A stretch of 64,000 nucleotides of DNA, taken from assembly GCA_030648435.1 (NCBI GenBank), contig JAUSHE010000008.1:3449-67448 (forward strand), given 5' to 3'. The notes beneath the pieces were generated by a model. That model was not told the DNA's origin and made no database searches. It saw only the letters and a list, made by a program, of their open reading frames with translations. This document shows, piece after piece, positions 19,372 to 29,483 of this stretch (its first letter is position 1; each line of letters opens with the position of its first letter). Position numbers and translations under genes: made by a program. This DNA comes from Candidatus Daviesbacteria bacterium. Lineage in GTDB: Bacteria > Patescibacteriota > Microgenomatia > Daviesbacterales > UBA10151.

Positions 19372-22300
19372 AAACAATCTTGAAAGATCCCGGACCCAGG
19401 ATTTGTTCAATAGCATCCTGCAGATCAAATCCGGTATCTATGGAAAAAGGTAAATCCATCCTTTTGGCTGCATCTCCATTTCCCAAAAATAAAGCGACAG
19501 AAGTATTACCGGGAAATCCCCGCAAGGTTTTGTTAATATTTTGCAAAACTGATATATCAGTGCCTTTCGGAATATATATTTCCAAAGTTCCCCTGCCGGA
19601 AACAATATCCTCCACCATATTTTCAGGATCAAACAAACTAATTTTTTCCACAATCAAAGACAATTCCTCTTCCCTTTTATCTACCCTGCCGGAAATTAAC
19701 ACTACCCTGTCTTTATCTAAAAATTCCTTGCAGTCATCAAAGATTTTAGGAAAAACAACCACTTCAATAGATGAAATGCCGTCTGAAATTTTTACAAAAG
19801 CCATTTCAGCTGCTGTTTTTTTCGTTAATACTTTTTTAACTGCCACCACTACCCCACCCAATTTTAGTGTTTGTCCGACATGCTCATCCCCCAGATCAGA
19901 TAATTTATTAGAAACAAATCTTTTTAACTTTTGCAGAAGGGCCAGAAAAGGCGGCTCATGCAGATAAAAACCAAGCAGTTCTTTTTCATAAACCAAAAGC
20001 TGATCCAAAGGCAATTCTTCGACAGCCGGCAACTTAATTGCAAACTGATTTAATTCTTCTTCGCTATCAAACAAAGATACCTGTCCTGATAATTTGTTTT
20101 TGTTTTGCTTGTGAGATTCCTCTAAACATTGATCTAAAATCAAAAGCTGGGCTGCCCTGCTGCCCAGATGATCCAAAGCGCCTGCTTTAATCAAGCTCTC
20201 CAAAGTTTTCCGGTTAACCAACCTGGTATCAACCCGTGAACATAGGTCGCTTAGCGATTCAAACTCTTTGTCCTTTCTGGCCTCCAGTATCGATTCAATG
20301 GCTAATAATCCGACATTTTTGATAGCTGAAAGCCCAAACCTAATGCCCTGGCCTGCTTTCCGCTCAACACCTGTTAACTGTCTTTCCAGTTCTTCTTTAC
20401 TTAATTCCTTCAGTTTTTCAAGAGTAAAACCAACCCCTGATTTATTAATATCGGGCGGCAAAACAACAATGTTAAGCCTTTTGCACTCCTCTATTGCGGC
20501 TGCAATTTTATCAATGTCTCCCGATTCAGCAGTCATCACAGCAGCCATAAATTCCACTGTGAAACTAGCTTTCATATAAGCCGTTTGGTAGGCAATCATG
20601 GCATAGGAGGCAGCATGAGCTTTATTAAATCCGTAAGCTGCAAAAGGGGCAATTAAAGCAAAAATTTCCTCCGCTTTGGCCCGTCTCATCCCTTTGGCAA
20701 TACAACCTTCGATAAATTTGCCTTTTTGTTTAGCCATTTCTGAGGGTATCTTTTTACCCATGGCTTTTCTAAATTTATCAGCCTCTTCCCAGGAATATCC
20801 GGCCAAATTGATGGCAGTCAGTAAAACATCGTCCTGATAAACTAAAAGGCCCAAAGAGGCTTCCGTATAATCCTTCATCCGCTCGTCAATATATTTAATT
20901 TTTTTAGGATTATGTTTTCTGGCAATATATTCAGGGATTACGCTTAAAGGGCCGGGGCGGTAGAGGGCCACCATGGCCTGAATATCAAAAATAGTGGTAG
21001 GTTTTAGCTCCATTACATATCTGGTCATACCCGATCCTTCAAGCTGAAAAACTCCCATGGTTTCCCCTTTAGCCAGCAGTTCAAAAGCTTTTTTGTTATC
21101 CAGCGGAATCTTATCTAAATCAACCAGGGTACCGGTATTTTCCCGGACAATCTCAACAGCTTTTCCCAAAATAGATAAATTCCTAATCCCCAAAAGGTCC
21201 ATTTTAACGAGGCCCGCATCTTCCACCGCAAACATGTCGTATTGTGAAACCAACCTTTCACCGGAGGCTTCTTTTTGTAAGGGGGTGAAATTGGTAATCT
21301 CATCCGGCGCAATCACAATCCCGGCAGCATGAACCGAGGCGTGACGGACGGTTCCCTCAATTCTCCCGGCCAAATCCAGCAGTTTTTTGATCTGCGGATT
21401 GTTTTTATAAAGTGCACCCAGTTCAGGAACTTCTTTGATAACATCAATTAAAGGTTTGTGAAAGCCCTGATAAGGCGGGGGGACTAATTTTGCGATCCTG
21501 TCTACTTCACTATAAGCCAAACCCATCACTCTGCCGACATCCCGGATTGCCGCCCTGCCCATCATTGTTCCAAAAGTAATTATGTGAGCCACCCTGTTTT
21601 CACCGTATTTTTTCATCACATAATCAATCACTTCATCTCTTCTGTCATCTGCAATATCAACATCAATATCGGGTAAAGTAGGTCTGTATACAGTCAGGAA
21701 CCGTTCAAACGGCAGAAGATAATCCAATGGGTTTAAATTAGTAACATCAAGACAAAATAGCACCATCGAGGCTGCAGCAGAACCTCTGGTATTGGTAATA
21801 ATCCCCCTGGCGTGAGCCCATTCCATAAAATCGGAGACCACCAAAAAATAATCTGCATACTTTTTTTGTTCAATTACGGAAAGTTCATATTCCAACCTGT
21901 CCTTGATTTTAGCCGTCACCCTAAATTTCTCTTCTGCTTTTTTATATGTTTGCTCCCGTAAAAATTCCATGGAGGTTTTATTGCCCGGGGTTTCAAATAC
22001 CGGAAAACTTGCTACACCCAGTGGGATTTCCAAATCTACCAAATCCGCAATTTTTTGGGTATTTTCCAGTGCCTCCGGCAAATCACTAAAAATCTCTGCC
22101 ATTTCCTCCGGAGATTTAAGATAATAATCAGGGGTATCAATCATTCGGAGCCTCTTAGTTTCCGATAACAATTTGCCTGTCTGCACACAAAGCAGGGCAT
22201 CCTGAGCCTCTGCATCTTCTTTCTTAACATAGTGATAATCATTGGTTGCCACAATTGGGATACCAATTTTTATAGACAGCTCCTTCACAGATTTTGTAGT

Positions 22301-22930
22301 TTGGTTTTGAATTTCCAGCAACTCTTCCAGATCTTTTTTGATTACTTCATCCTCAGCTACTGCGTAGGACGCTGCATAAGGATGCCTTTGTGTTTCCAGA
22401 TAAAAATTCCCCTCACCAAATATTTCAAGATAGGTTTTTAAGATTTCTTCTGCTTTAGTGCCGGAGGCGCCCCTTGTTTCATCTTTCATCAGGTTGCGGA
22501 TAAATTCTCCGGACGGACATCCTGACAGGGCAATTAAGCCTTCGTGATATTCCTTAAGTAGGGCTTTATCAACTCTGGGCCGGTAATAATAACCTTGGGT
22601 ATGAGCAATTGTAGTCAGCTTTATTAAATTTAGATAGCCCTGATAATTCTTAGCTAAAACTGTCAGATGATAAGGCTCGCTATCCAGCTTCCCTTCTTTA
22701 TCTTTGTGGGATCTTTTGGCAACATACATCTCTACACCAACAATTGGTTTGATTCCTGCCTCAAGGCAAGCTTTATAAAATTCAATTGCCCCGTACATTA
22801 CTCCGTGATCGGTGATAGCCGTAGCATTCATACCCAGTTCTTTGGTTCTTTTAACTAATTCGGGAATTTTGGATAATCCATCAAGAAGAGAATATTGGGT
22901 ATGATTGTGAAGATGAACAAACCTAGGCAT
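19370..22930 (-). CDS. dnaE: DNA polymerase III alpha subunit
   Basis: PHP HLHNHTQYSLLDG, RGSAA, PDIDVD, YGFNKAH, OB fold. Confidence 0.98.
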   Translation of the reverse strand: MPRFVHLHNHTQYSLLDGLSKIPELVKRTKELGMNATAITDHGVMYGAIEFYKACLEAGIKPIVGVEMYVAKRSHKDKEGKLDSEPYHLTVLAKNYQGYLNLIKLTTIAHTQGYYYRPRVDKALLKEYHEGLIALSGCPSGEFIRNLMKDETRGASGTKAEEILKTYLEIFGEGNFYLETQRHPYAASYAVAEDEVIKKDLEELLEIQNQTTKSVKELSIKIGIPIVATNDYHYVKKEDAEAQDALLCVQTGKLLSETKRLRMIDTPDYYLKSPEEMAEIFSDLPEALENTQKIADLVDLEIPLGVASFPVFETPGNKTSMEFLREQTYKKAEEKFRVTAKIKDRLEYELSVIEQKKYADYFLVVSDFMEWAHARGIITNTRGSAAASMVLFCLDVTNLNPLDYLLPFERFLTVYRPTLPDIDVDIADDRRDEVIDYVMKKYGENRVAHIITFGTMMGRAAIRDVGRVMGLAYSEVDRIAKLVPPPYQGFHKPLIDVIKEVPELGALYKNNPQIKKLLDLAGRIEGTVRHASVHAAGIVIAPDEITNFTPLQKEASGERLVSQYDMFAVEDAGLVKMDLLGIRNLSILGKAVEIVRENTGTLVDLDKIPLDNKKAFELLAKGETMGVFQLEGSGMTRYVMELKPTTIFDIQAMVALYRPGPLSVIPEYIARKHNPKKIKYIDERMKDYTEASLGLLVYQDDVLLTAINLAGYSWEEADKFRKAMGKKIPSEMAKQKGKFIEGCIAKGMRRAKAEEIFALIAPFAAYGFNKAHAASYAMIAYQTAYMKASFTVEFMAAVMTAESGDIDKIAAAIEECKRLNIVVLPPDINKSGVGFTLEKLKELSKEELERQLTGVERKAGQGIRFGLSAIKNVGLLAIESILEARKDKEFESLSDLCSRVDTRLVNRKTLESLIKAGALDHLGSRAAQLLILDQCLEESHKQNKNKLSGQVSLFDSEEELNQFAIKLPAVEELPLDQLLVYEKELLGFYLHEPPFLALLQKLKRFVSNKLSDLGDEHVGQTLKLGGVVVAVKKVLTKKTAAEMAFVKISDGISSIEVVVFPKIFDDCKEFLDKDRVVLISGRVDKREEELSLIVEKISLFDPENMVEDIVSGRGTLEIYIPKGTDISVLQNINKTLRGFPGNTSVALFLGNGDAAKRMDLPFSIDTGFDLQDAIEQILGPGSFKIV

Positions 22931-24242
22931 AAGTTAGAAGTCTTTCCAAAATTGATTTAAGTTTCGAAGTGTCTGCTTTACCGGAAGATAATTTCATCAC
23001 CCCTCCAATGATTGCCTGCAAGGCAACCACTTTACCGCTTTTGTAATCCTCTACCGATTTTTGGTTTTCTTCCATAGCTTGTTTGGCTAATTTTTCCAGC
23101 TCTCTTTCATCTTCTATTATCCCCACTTTTTTACCTCTTAGCTCTTCAATAACCTGAGTTGGCAAAACTTCTTTAATATTTATTTTTTTGTTGATAATAT
23201 GATTAGCTACCTGAACTCCATTTACATCGTGTCCCTGACCATGTTTTACAGTGTCTTCAAAAAAATCAGCCAATTCTTTTGATTCTGTTAAAATAGCTGT
23301 CTGAGAAATTGATAATTTAAATTCTTTTTGAAATCTTTCTTTTTTCTCCCACGGCAACTCCGGCATTTTTGCTTTTATACTGTCCACTGTAGCCTGTAAC
23401 CTGTCCACTTTCATCTCCGGTAGGTCCGGTTCGGGGAAATAGCGGTAATCATTTGCTTCTTCTTTACTTCTTTGTAGATATGTACACTTTTTGTCTGCAT
23501 TCCATCCCCTCGTTTCCTGAGAAAGTTTTTCTCCTGCTTTAATTGCGCCAATTTGGCGTTTAATCTCATACTCTATTGCCACCGCCATAAACCTAAAAGA
23601 GTTAATATTTTTAAGTTCCACCCTGTAATTTGGTAATTCTTCCTGCCCCACAAGCCTGACAGAAACATTTGCCTCAAGCCGCATATCACCACGCTCCATA
23701 TCGGCATTAGACACACCTAAATATCTAAATAATTGCTGGAGTTTTTTGGCATAATCCCTGACTGACTGCACATCCCGAAAATCCGGTTCAGTGACTATTT
23801 CTACAAGAGGCACTCCTGAACGGTTAAAATCTATCAGTGTTTCAGAGTCTCTGTGCGTCAGTTTCCCTGTATCCTCTTCCTGATGCACCCTATTAATTCT
23901 AATTTTCTGTCCATTATCTAATATTAAATATCCATTTATACATAGTGGCCACCGGTACTGAGATATCTGATAACCTTTTGCTAAATCCGGATAAAAATAA
24001 TTTTTTCTTTCAAACCTGCTAACTTCATTAATTGAACAGTTTAAAGCCAGCCCAATTTTCATACAGGCTTCAATAGCAGCTTTATTGATATACGGAAGCG
24101 CCCCGGGAAGCCCCAAACAAACAGGACAGGTATGAGTATTGGGCTCTTTGCCAAAGTAGTCAGCACTGCACCTGCAAAACATTTTAGATTTAGTATTTAA
24201 TTCTACATGAACTTCTAGTCCGATAACTGGTTCGTAATTCAT
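22923..24242 (-). CDS. gatB: Asp/Glu-tRNA amidotransferase subunit B
   Basis: [28 protein letters not shown]. Confidence 0.98.
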   Translation of the reverse strand: MNYEPVIGLEVHVELNTKSKMFCRCSADYFGKEPNTHTCPVCLGLPGALPYINKAAIEACMKIGLALNCSINEVSRFERKNYFYPDLAKGYQISQYRWPLCINGYLILDNGQKIRINRVHQEEDTGKLTHRDSETLIDFNRSGVPLVEIVTEPDFRDVQSVRDYAKKLQQLFRYLGVSNADMERGDMRLEANVSVRLVGQEELPNYRVELKNINSFRFMAVAIEYEIKRQIGAIKAGEKLSQETRGWNADKKCTYLQRSKEEANDYRYFPEPDLPEMKVDRLQATVDSIKAKMPELPWEKKERFQKEFKLSISQTAILTESKELADFFEDTVKHGQGHDVNGVQVANHIINKKINIKEVLPTQVIEELRGKKVGIIEDERELEKLAKQAMEENQKSVEDYKSGKVVALQAIIGGVMKLSSGKADTSKLKSILERLLTYA

Positions 24243-25579
24243 ATCTTAGGCTTCTCCTTTTTCCAATCTGTTGCCTGCTCATAAGCCTCACCTACATCTA
24301 AAATCGTCTCTTCGTCCCATTGTTTTCCTAAAATCTGAAGTCCAACAGGCAAGCCATCAGAGAATCCACAAGGCACAGACAATCCCGGAATTCCTGCTAA
24401 ATTGGCAGAAATAGTACAAATATCAGACAGATACATTTTTAGCGGATCATCTATTTTTTCTCCTAAATTCCAGGCTGTGGTGGGGGAGACAGGACCAACT
24501 ATTACATCACACTCCGTAAATGCTTTTTCAAAATCCTGTTTAATTAAAGTCCTGACTTTGGCAGCTTTAACATAATATTCATCATAATACCCTGCTGACA
24601 GAGCATAAGTGCCGAGCATTATCCTCCTTTGGACTTCCGGACCAAAATCCCCTCTTTCAGACCCGAACCTGATACCATCGAAACGTCCCATATTGGATGA
24701 GACCTCTGAGGGCACAATAATATAGTAGGCGGCCAGGGCATATTGGCTGTGCGGCAGACTTATCTCAATTATTTCCGCTCCCAGTTCTTCCAGTTTTTTA
24801 ATTGCTTGCTCTATAACTATTTTTACCTTTGGATCTAGTCCTTCTGCAAAATACTCCTTCGGCACTCCAATCTTTGCAAGGCGTCCCCTTGCAGCACGGC
24901 GAGGGGACGCCTTAAGGAAACAATTTGAATCATGTCCATCTGCCCCTGAAATCCAATCCAAAACTAAAGCTGCATCTTCCACTGATTTTGTAATCGGACC
25001 AATAGAATCAAAGGAGGAAGCCATATGAAAAAGACCGTATCTTGAAACTCTGCCGTATGTAGGTTTTAATCCCACTACTCCACAAAGTGATGCCGGCTGC
25101 CTGATTGATCCGCCTGTATCTGATCCCAGCGAAAATACACACAAATCTGCTGCAACTGCAGCTGCAGAACCACTGGATGATCCGCCTGTAATTTTATTTA
25201 AGTCCCATGGATTTTTAGTTGGGCCATAAGCAGAGTTTTCTCCTGATCCCCCCATGGCAAATTCATCGCAATTTGTTTTACCGATTATACTAATATTTTG
25301 CTCTGACAGCTTATCAATAACTGTTGCATTATATTGGGGTATATAATTACTCAATATCTTAGAACCAGCTGTTGTTTTAATTCCTTTGGTTGAAATGACG
25401 TCTTTAATTGCCGCAGGAATCCCGCAGGAATTTTTTTCTATTTCTAAGTAAGCATTTAATTTCGGGTTTAATTTTGTTATTCTCTCAAAATAAGCCTTAT
25501 TTAGCTCTTCCTCAGAAAATTCTTTCTTCTCTAGAGCCTCAATTGTCTCTATTAAAGTTAATTTAGTGATATCACTCAT
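24239..25579 (-). CDS. gatA: Asp/Glu-tRNA amidotransferase subunit A
   Basis: Amidase signature [23 protein letters not shown]; start at MSDIT. Confidence 0.97.
   Translation of the reverse strand: MSDITKLTLIETIEALEKKEFSEEELNKAYFERITKLNPKLNAYLEIEKNSCGIPAAIKDVISTKGIKTTAGSKILSNYIPQYNATVIDKLSEQNISIIGKTNCDEFAMGGSGENSAYGPTKNPWDLNKITGGSSSGSAAAVAADLCVFSLGSDTGGSIRQPASLCGVVGLKPTYGRVSRYGLFHMASSFDSIGPITKSVEDAALVLDWISGADGHDSNCFLKASPRRAARGRLAKIGVPKEYFAEGLDPKVKIVIEQAIKKLEELGAEIIEISLPHSQYALAAYYIIVPSEVSSNMGRFDGIRFGSERGDFGPEVQRRIMLGTYALSAGYYDEYYVKAAKVRTLIKQDFEKAFTECDVIVGPVSPTTAWNLGEKIDDPLKMYLSDICTISANLAGIPGLSVPCGFSDGLPVGLQILGKQWDEETILDVGEAYEQATDWKKEKPKI
24875..24916. repeat. REP-like doublet (copies 5 and 6) inside gatA
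   Basis: TGCAAGG CGTCC CCTTGCA-GCAC-GGCGAGG GGACG CCTTAAG. Confidence 0.88.
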
Positions 25580-25862
25580 CGAAAACTCCTTTTGTTTCAA
25601 ACATAGAATCTTTTGTCTTCGAAGCATCCGATAAAGCTTCTTCCCGGGACAAACCAGCTGCTGTTTCATCTTCCCTAATGACATTATTCAATCCAGTTAC
25701 ATTAAATGTGGGTTCTACTCCGGAAGTATCAACCTGATTTAACTGGTCAACATACTCTAAAATAGCAGAAAGCTGCTCTGAGTACTTTTCCTCCTCTTCG
25801 ATGGTTAATGGCAGATTCGCCAACTTCGCTACTTTTTTTACCTGATCTGCAGTTAATTTCAT
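25572..25862 (-). CDS. gatC: Asp/Glu-tRNA amidotransferase subunit C
   Basis: [21 protein letters not shown]. Confidence 0.95.
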   Translation of the reverse strand: MKLTADQVKKVAKLANLPLTIEEEEKYSEQLSAILEYVDQLNQVDTSGVEPTFNVTGLNNVIREDETAAGLSREEALSDASKTKDSMFETKGVFDE

Positions 25863-25864
25863 AT

Positions 25865-26404
25865 TTATGACTTGATAATAAAAGATTCTAGATCTTCTTT
25901 TTTAAGTAAAGTAGATTCTGAACAATTTGCTACTAAAGCTACACTAACTTTATGAGAAAATCCAACATATTCAACTACTTTATCTTTCTCTTTAGCTTTC
26001 TTTATCGCCGGCAATAAATCAGTATCCGAAGAAACAATTATAATTCTATCCGCTAGATTTTCATATGTAGCAACTAATATATCAACCGCTATATTTACAT
26101 CAACGCCCTTTTCGTGAAATTTTCCATCTGATTTTAGAAGGTAACCAAGAGAATATATAACTTTGTTCTTTCTCAGGTGAGCCAATAATCTTCGTTGATT
26201 ATTAAACAATTTCTGCATCTTTTCAGTTCCGTCTGTTCTTACCTTGCCTACATAGTAAGTACACTTCACTACTTCATAATCTTTAGCCAATTTTTTCGAG
26301 AAAGCAGCAAAATTGAAATCCAATAAATTATGCAGCCTTAAATCCTTTAATTTGAAGTAAAAATTGCTTCCATCAATGAGTACTACACAACGTTTTCTTG
26401 TCAT
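25865..26404 (-). CDS. NYN (LabA/PIN-like) domain RNase
   Basis: IDGSN, EKGVDV, IVSSDTDL. Confidence 0.93.
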   Translation of the reverse strand: MTRKRCVVLIDGSNFYFKLKDLRLHNLLDFNFAAFSKKLAKDYEVVKCTYYVGKVRTDGTEKMQKLFNNQRRLLAHLRKNKVIYSLGYLLKSDGKFHEKGVDVNIAVDILVATYENLADRIIIVSSDTDLLPAIKKAKEKDKVVEYVGFSHKVSVALVANCSESTLLKKEDLESFIIKS

Positions 26405-26440
26405 AGAATTCATTATATCATTCAGTAAAGGCTTTGGAGA

Positions 26441-26487
26441 TAAAAAAATCCTGTGAAGACCTTACGGTGTCACAGGAGATTTTAGGA
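26441..26487 (-). ncRNA. candidate small RNA / attenuator upstream of NYN gene
   Basis: UCCUGUGA-C-ACC-GUAA-GGU-CU-UCACAGGA followed by a U7 tract, directly after a sigma70-like promoter. Confidence 0.5.
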
Positions 26488-26491
26488 TTTA

Positions 26492-26520
26492 ATAATATCA
26501 TAAGTAGTGGCCTTATTCAA
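26492..26520 (-). promoter_or_regulatory. sigma70-like promoter
   Basis: TTGAAT-17 nt-TATTAT with extended TG. Confidence 0.6.
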
Positions 26521-26542
26521 GAACCAATTGGGGCATCAATTT

Positions 26543-26581
26543 GGGCAAATTAGCCAGCATTGCTACATGTTTAACATCAAT
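26543..26581 (-). pseudogene. relic 5' end of a gatC allele
   Basis: Translates IDVKHVAMLANLP, matching Gat[13 protein letters not shown]; no start codon. Confidence 0.65.
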
Positions 26582-26584
26582 CCT

Positions 26585-27532
26585 CTATTTATTAACAAGA
26601 AGCTTTTCGAGGTTTTGCAAACTATCCCAATCATGAATTGAGACAGGAATAATTTCTTTTTTAAATTTCTTTAATTTAATAATCTTTTTCTGCAAATCCT
26701 TTTCTTCTATTAAATCATTCTTAGTTAAAATTATTATTTCAGGCTTTTTTGTAAGATCGGCATTATATTTTTCCAACTCATTTCTTACTACCTGATAATC
26801 CTTTAGGACATCTTCTGAATCAGCAGGTACACAGTGTAAAAGTAATTTAACCTTTTCAATATGCTTTAAAAACTTTACTCCCAGGCCTTTTCCTTCCGAA
26901 GCTCCCTCAATTAAACCCGGAATATCTGCAATAACTTTACCGTTATACATACCTAAATTCGGTTCAAGAGTGGTAAAAGGATAGTCAGCAATCTTGGCAT
27001 TTGCCGCTGTTAATTCATTTAATAAACTGCTTTTACCGGCGTTAGGTAAACCAATGAGCCCAAAATCCGCAATATATTTTAGTTCTACTTTTAATTGCCT
27101 TTCCCGTCCGGGTAATCCTTTTTGAGCATATTTGGGAGTTGTGTTTCTAGATGATTTAAATGCAAAATTTCCCCTGCCTCCTAAACCTCCTTTGCAGATT
27201 AAGAATCTTGAGTTTAAATCATTTAGTATAAATTCTTCACCTGTTTGTAGATCATTCATCTCCGTTCCAAGAGGCATTACGATCTCTAAATCTTTTCCGT
27301 CTTTACCTGATTGCTGAAATTTGCCACCCATTTCACCGTTTTCAGCTTCCTTGGTCTTTGATTTTGAAAATTGGTTCAAGGCCCTAAGATCGGAAGTAAC
27401 GCTAAGGTAAATATCTCCGCCTTTGCCGCCATTTCCGCCGTTAGGCCCGCTATGCTGCCCAGGATTAAAAGAAACCCTGCCCGGCCCGCCATGCCCTGCC
27501 CGCAATATAATTTCTACTTCATCAATTAACAT
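26585..27532 (-). CDS. obgE: GTPase Obg/CgtA
   Basis: Gly-rich Obg fold, GLPNAGKSS, YPFTTL, DIPG, TKND. Confidence 0.97.
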   Translation of the reverse strand: MLIDEVEIILRAGHGGPGRVSFNPGQHSGPNGGNGGKGGDIYLSVTSDLRALNQFSKSKTKEAENGEMGGKFQQSGKDGKDLEIVMPLGTEMNDLQTGEEFILNDLNSRFLICKGGLGGRGNFAFKSSRNTTPKYAQKGLPGRERQLKVELKYIADFGLIGLPNAGKSSLLNELTAANAKIADYPFTTLEPNLGMYNGKVIADIPGLIEGASEGKGLGVKFLKHIEKVKLLLHCVPADSEDVLKDYQVVRNELEKYNADLTKKPEIIILTKNDLIEEKDLQKKIIKLKKFKKEIIPVSIHDWDSLQNLEKLLVNK

Positions 27533-27540
27533 ATATAAAA

Positions 27541-27600
27541 TTTCTAATTACTAATTATTCTAATTAACCTAATCAAATCCCAATAAACCAATGTCTAAAT
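27541..27600. repeat. short-unit (CTAAT/CCAAT core) repeat array downstream of four-helix-bundle gene
   Basis: TTTCTAATTACTAATTATTCTAATTAACCTAATCAAATCCCAATAAACCAAT. Confidence 0.75.
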
Positions 27601-27602
27601 AT

Positions 27603-27965
27603 CTAAGAAACCTTTTTGTATATTGAATTAAAGATTAAGTTTAACTCTTTTGCTTCCTGCCATAAAGGCTTAGCTTCTTCCTTCAATTCTGAAACAGCCA
27701 CAACTATCATTCTAATGAAATGTTTTGACTCTCTGGACTCTTTTTTACATATACCTATTTTATGTCTAAAATCCTGTTTACTTTCCGCATCGTCTGCTTC
27801 ACAATAATTTGCCCCAACACTGGTCCCGCACTTAATCAATTGATTAATTAAAGGATCAGTAATTACCCCTCTGGGAATCTTTTTGCAAAATTTAATTACA
27901 TCCTCACCAAACTTAGCAGTTCTTTCTTCTAAATCATATTTGGGCAAATTTACATCATTAATCAT
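27603..27965 (-). CDS. four helix bundle protein (23S rRNA IVP/Avd-like family)
   Basis: DLEERT..F, QL..CGTSVGANY.EA, SKQDF..KI.I..KE..E. Confidence 0.92.
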   Translation of the reverse strand: MINDVNLPKYDLEERTAKFGEDVIKFCKKIPRGVITDPLINQLIKCGTSVGANYCEADDAESKQDFRHKIGICKKESRESKHFIRMIVVAVSELKEEAKPLWQEAKELNLIFNSIYKKVS

Positions 27966-28006
27966 TATTTAGGTTAATTAGAAATTAGGTTAATTAGGTT
28001 AATTAT
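27966..28006. repeat. inverted short-unit (ATTAG core) repeat array upstream of four-helix-bundle gene
   Basis: TTAGGTTAATTAGAAATTAGGTTAATTAGGTTAATTA. Confidence 0.8.
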
Positions 28007-28007
28007 C

Positions 28008-28931
28008 TTAAATCTTGCCTTCCATTTCGCGGAGGGCTTTGATACGGGCTTCAATTGGCGGATGAGTATTAAAAAGTCCTGCTAACCATGCTTTTGCTTC
28101 CTGGCCTTTTAAAGGATTAATAATATACAGGTGAGCAGTTCCCCTGTTGGCTGCTTCCAAAGGCTCCTTATCCGATGATATTTTTTGCAGAGCCGATGCC
28201 AAACCTTGAGGGTATCTGGTCAAAAGTACGCCTGAAGCATCTGCCAAAAATTCCCTCCGCCGGGATACAGCCAACTGGATAAGCACTGCCACTATTGGCG
28301 CCAGAATCGCTGCCACTATAGCTAAAACTATGAAAATTGTATTGTTTTTACTTTCTCTATCTCGTCCTCCAAAAAACATTGACCGGAGGAAAAAATCTGA
28401 CAGCAGCGCAATTGTTCCCACCAAAACCGACACAACCGCCATCACCAGAGTATCCCTGTTACCCACATGGGAAAGCTCATGGGCTGTGACCCCTTCTAAC
28501 TCCTGCTTATTTAATTTATCTAAAATCCCGCTGGTAAAACAAATAGCAGCATGCTTTGGATCCCTGCCGGTAGCAAAAGCATTTGTGGCGCTGTCTTCAA
28601 TAATATAAATCCTGGGGGTAGGTAATCCTGCGGCTATACAAAGATTTTCAACAATTCTATAAACTTCCGGGTTATCCTTTTTCGCAAGTTGTTTGGCGCC
28701 GGAAATACCCAAAACAATTTTATCCGACCAGTAGTAAGAAACAAGGTTCATTACCCCTGCCATAATCAAGGCTACGCCAACTATACCCAATCCCCCCATC
28801 TCTCCGTACCCAAATCCCCTGGCAATTACATAAATAACTGCCACCGTAAATATGGAAAACAAAAACATGATTACCCAGGTTTTAAAAATATTACCGGAAA
28901 CATGATCCCAAGCTGTATTCACAGTAGCCAT
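28008..28931 (-). CDS. htpX: zinc metalloprotease HtpX (M48)
   Basis: NAFATG, AHELSH, REFLADA, THPP. Confidence 0.95.
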   Translation of the reverse strand: MATVNTAWDHVSGNIFKTWVIMFLFSIFTVAVIYVIARGFGYGEMGGLGIVGVALIMAGVMNLVSYYWSDKIVLGISGAKQLAKKDNPEVYRIVENLCIAAGLPTPRIYIIEDSATNAFATGRDPKHAAICFTSGILDKLNKQELEGVTAHELSHVGNRDTLVMAVVSVLVGTIALLSDFFLRSMFFGGRDRESKNNTIFIVLAIVAAILAPIVAVLIQLAVSRRREFLADASGVLLTRYPQGLASALQKISSDKEPLEAANRGTAHLYIINPLKGQEAKAWLAGLFNTHPPIEARIKALREMEGKI

Positions 28932-29480
28932 TTAGAAGTTAACTTTTATGTCTGCTTTTTCTGACTCTGCGGCTTTGAAAAATTCTTCTTTCTTAAATCC
29001 AAACATAGACCCTACCCAGGCCGAAGGAACGGTTTCCAGGGAATTATTCAGATCCAAGACATTGGTGTTATAAAATTGGCGGGAGGCAGCTACTTTTGTT
29101 TCGGTATCGGAAATCTCCTCCTGCAGCTCCTTAAAATTCTCAGATGCCCGAAGGTTTGGATAAGCCTCTGCAACGGCAAAAAGTGATTTTAAAGCGCCTG
29201 TCAGCATATTATCCGCTTCTGCAGCTTCATGCGGACTTTTTGCGCCCAGCATAGCGCTTCTCGCTTTAGTGACATTTTCAAAAACTTGTTTTTCATGCTT
29301 GGCATAACCTTTGACGGCTTCAACAAGATTGGGAATTAAAGAAGAACGCCTTTTTAATTGAACTTCAATTTGTGACCAGGCTTCACGGACTCTGTTTCGG
29401 AGAGTAACAAGAGAATTATATATGGCCAAAAGCCAGAAAGCTATTAAAACTACTGCCCCGATTGTGATATATGTAATCAT
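28932..29480 (-). CDS. lemA: LemA family protein
   Basis: [24 protein letters not shown]. Confidence 0.95.
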   Translation of the reverse strand: MITYITIGAVVLIAFWLLAIYNSLVTLRNRVREAWSQIEVQLKRRSSLIPNLVEAVKGYAKHEKQVFENVTKARSAMLGAKSPHEAAEADNMLTGALKSLFAVAEAYPNLRASENFKELQEEISDTETKVAASRQFYNTNVLDLNNSLETVPSAWVGSMFGFKKEEFFKAAESEKADIKVNF

Positions 29481-29483
29481 TTA

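Noticed and set aside
19380-19967. 195-aa + strand ORF
   Set aside because: Antisense shadow of dnaE
27603-27965. Possible diversity-generating retroelement (Avd-like gene)
   Set aside because: No reverse transcriptase and no TR/VR pair seen in the window
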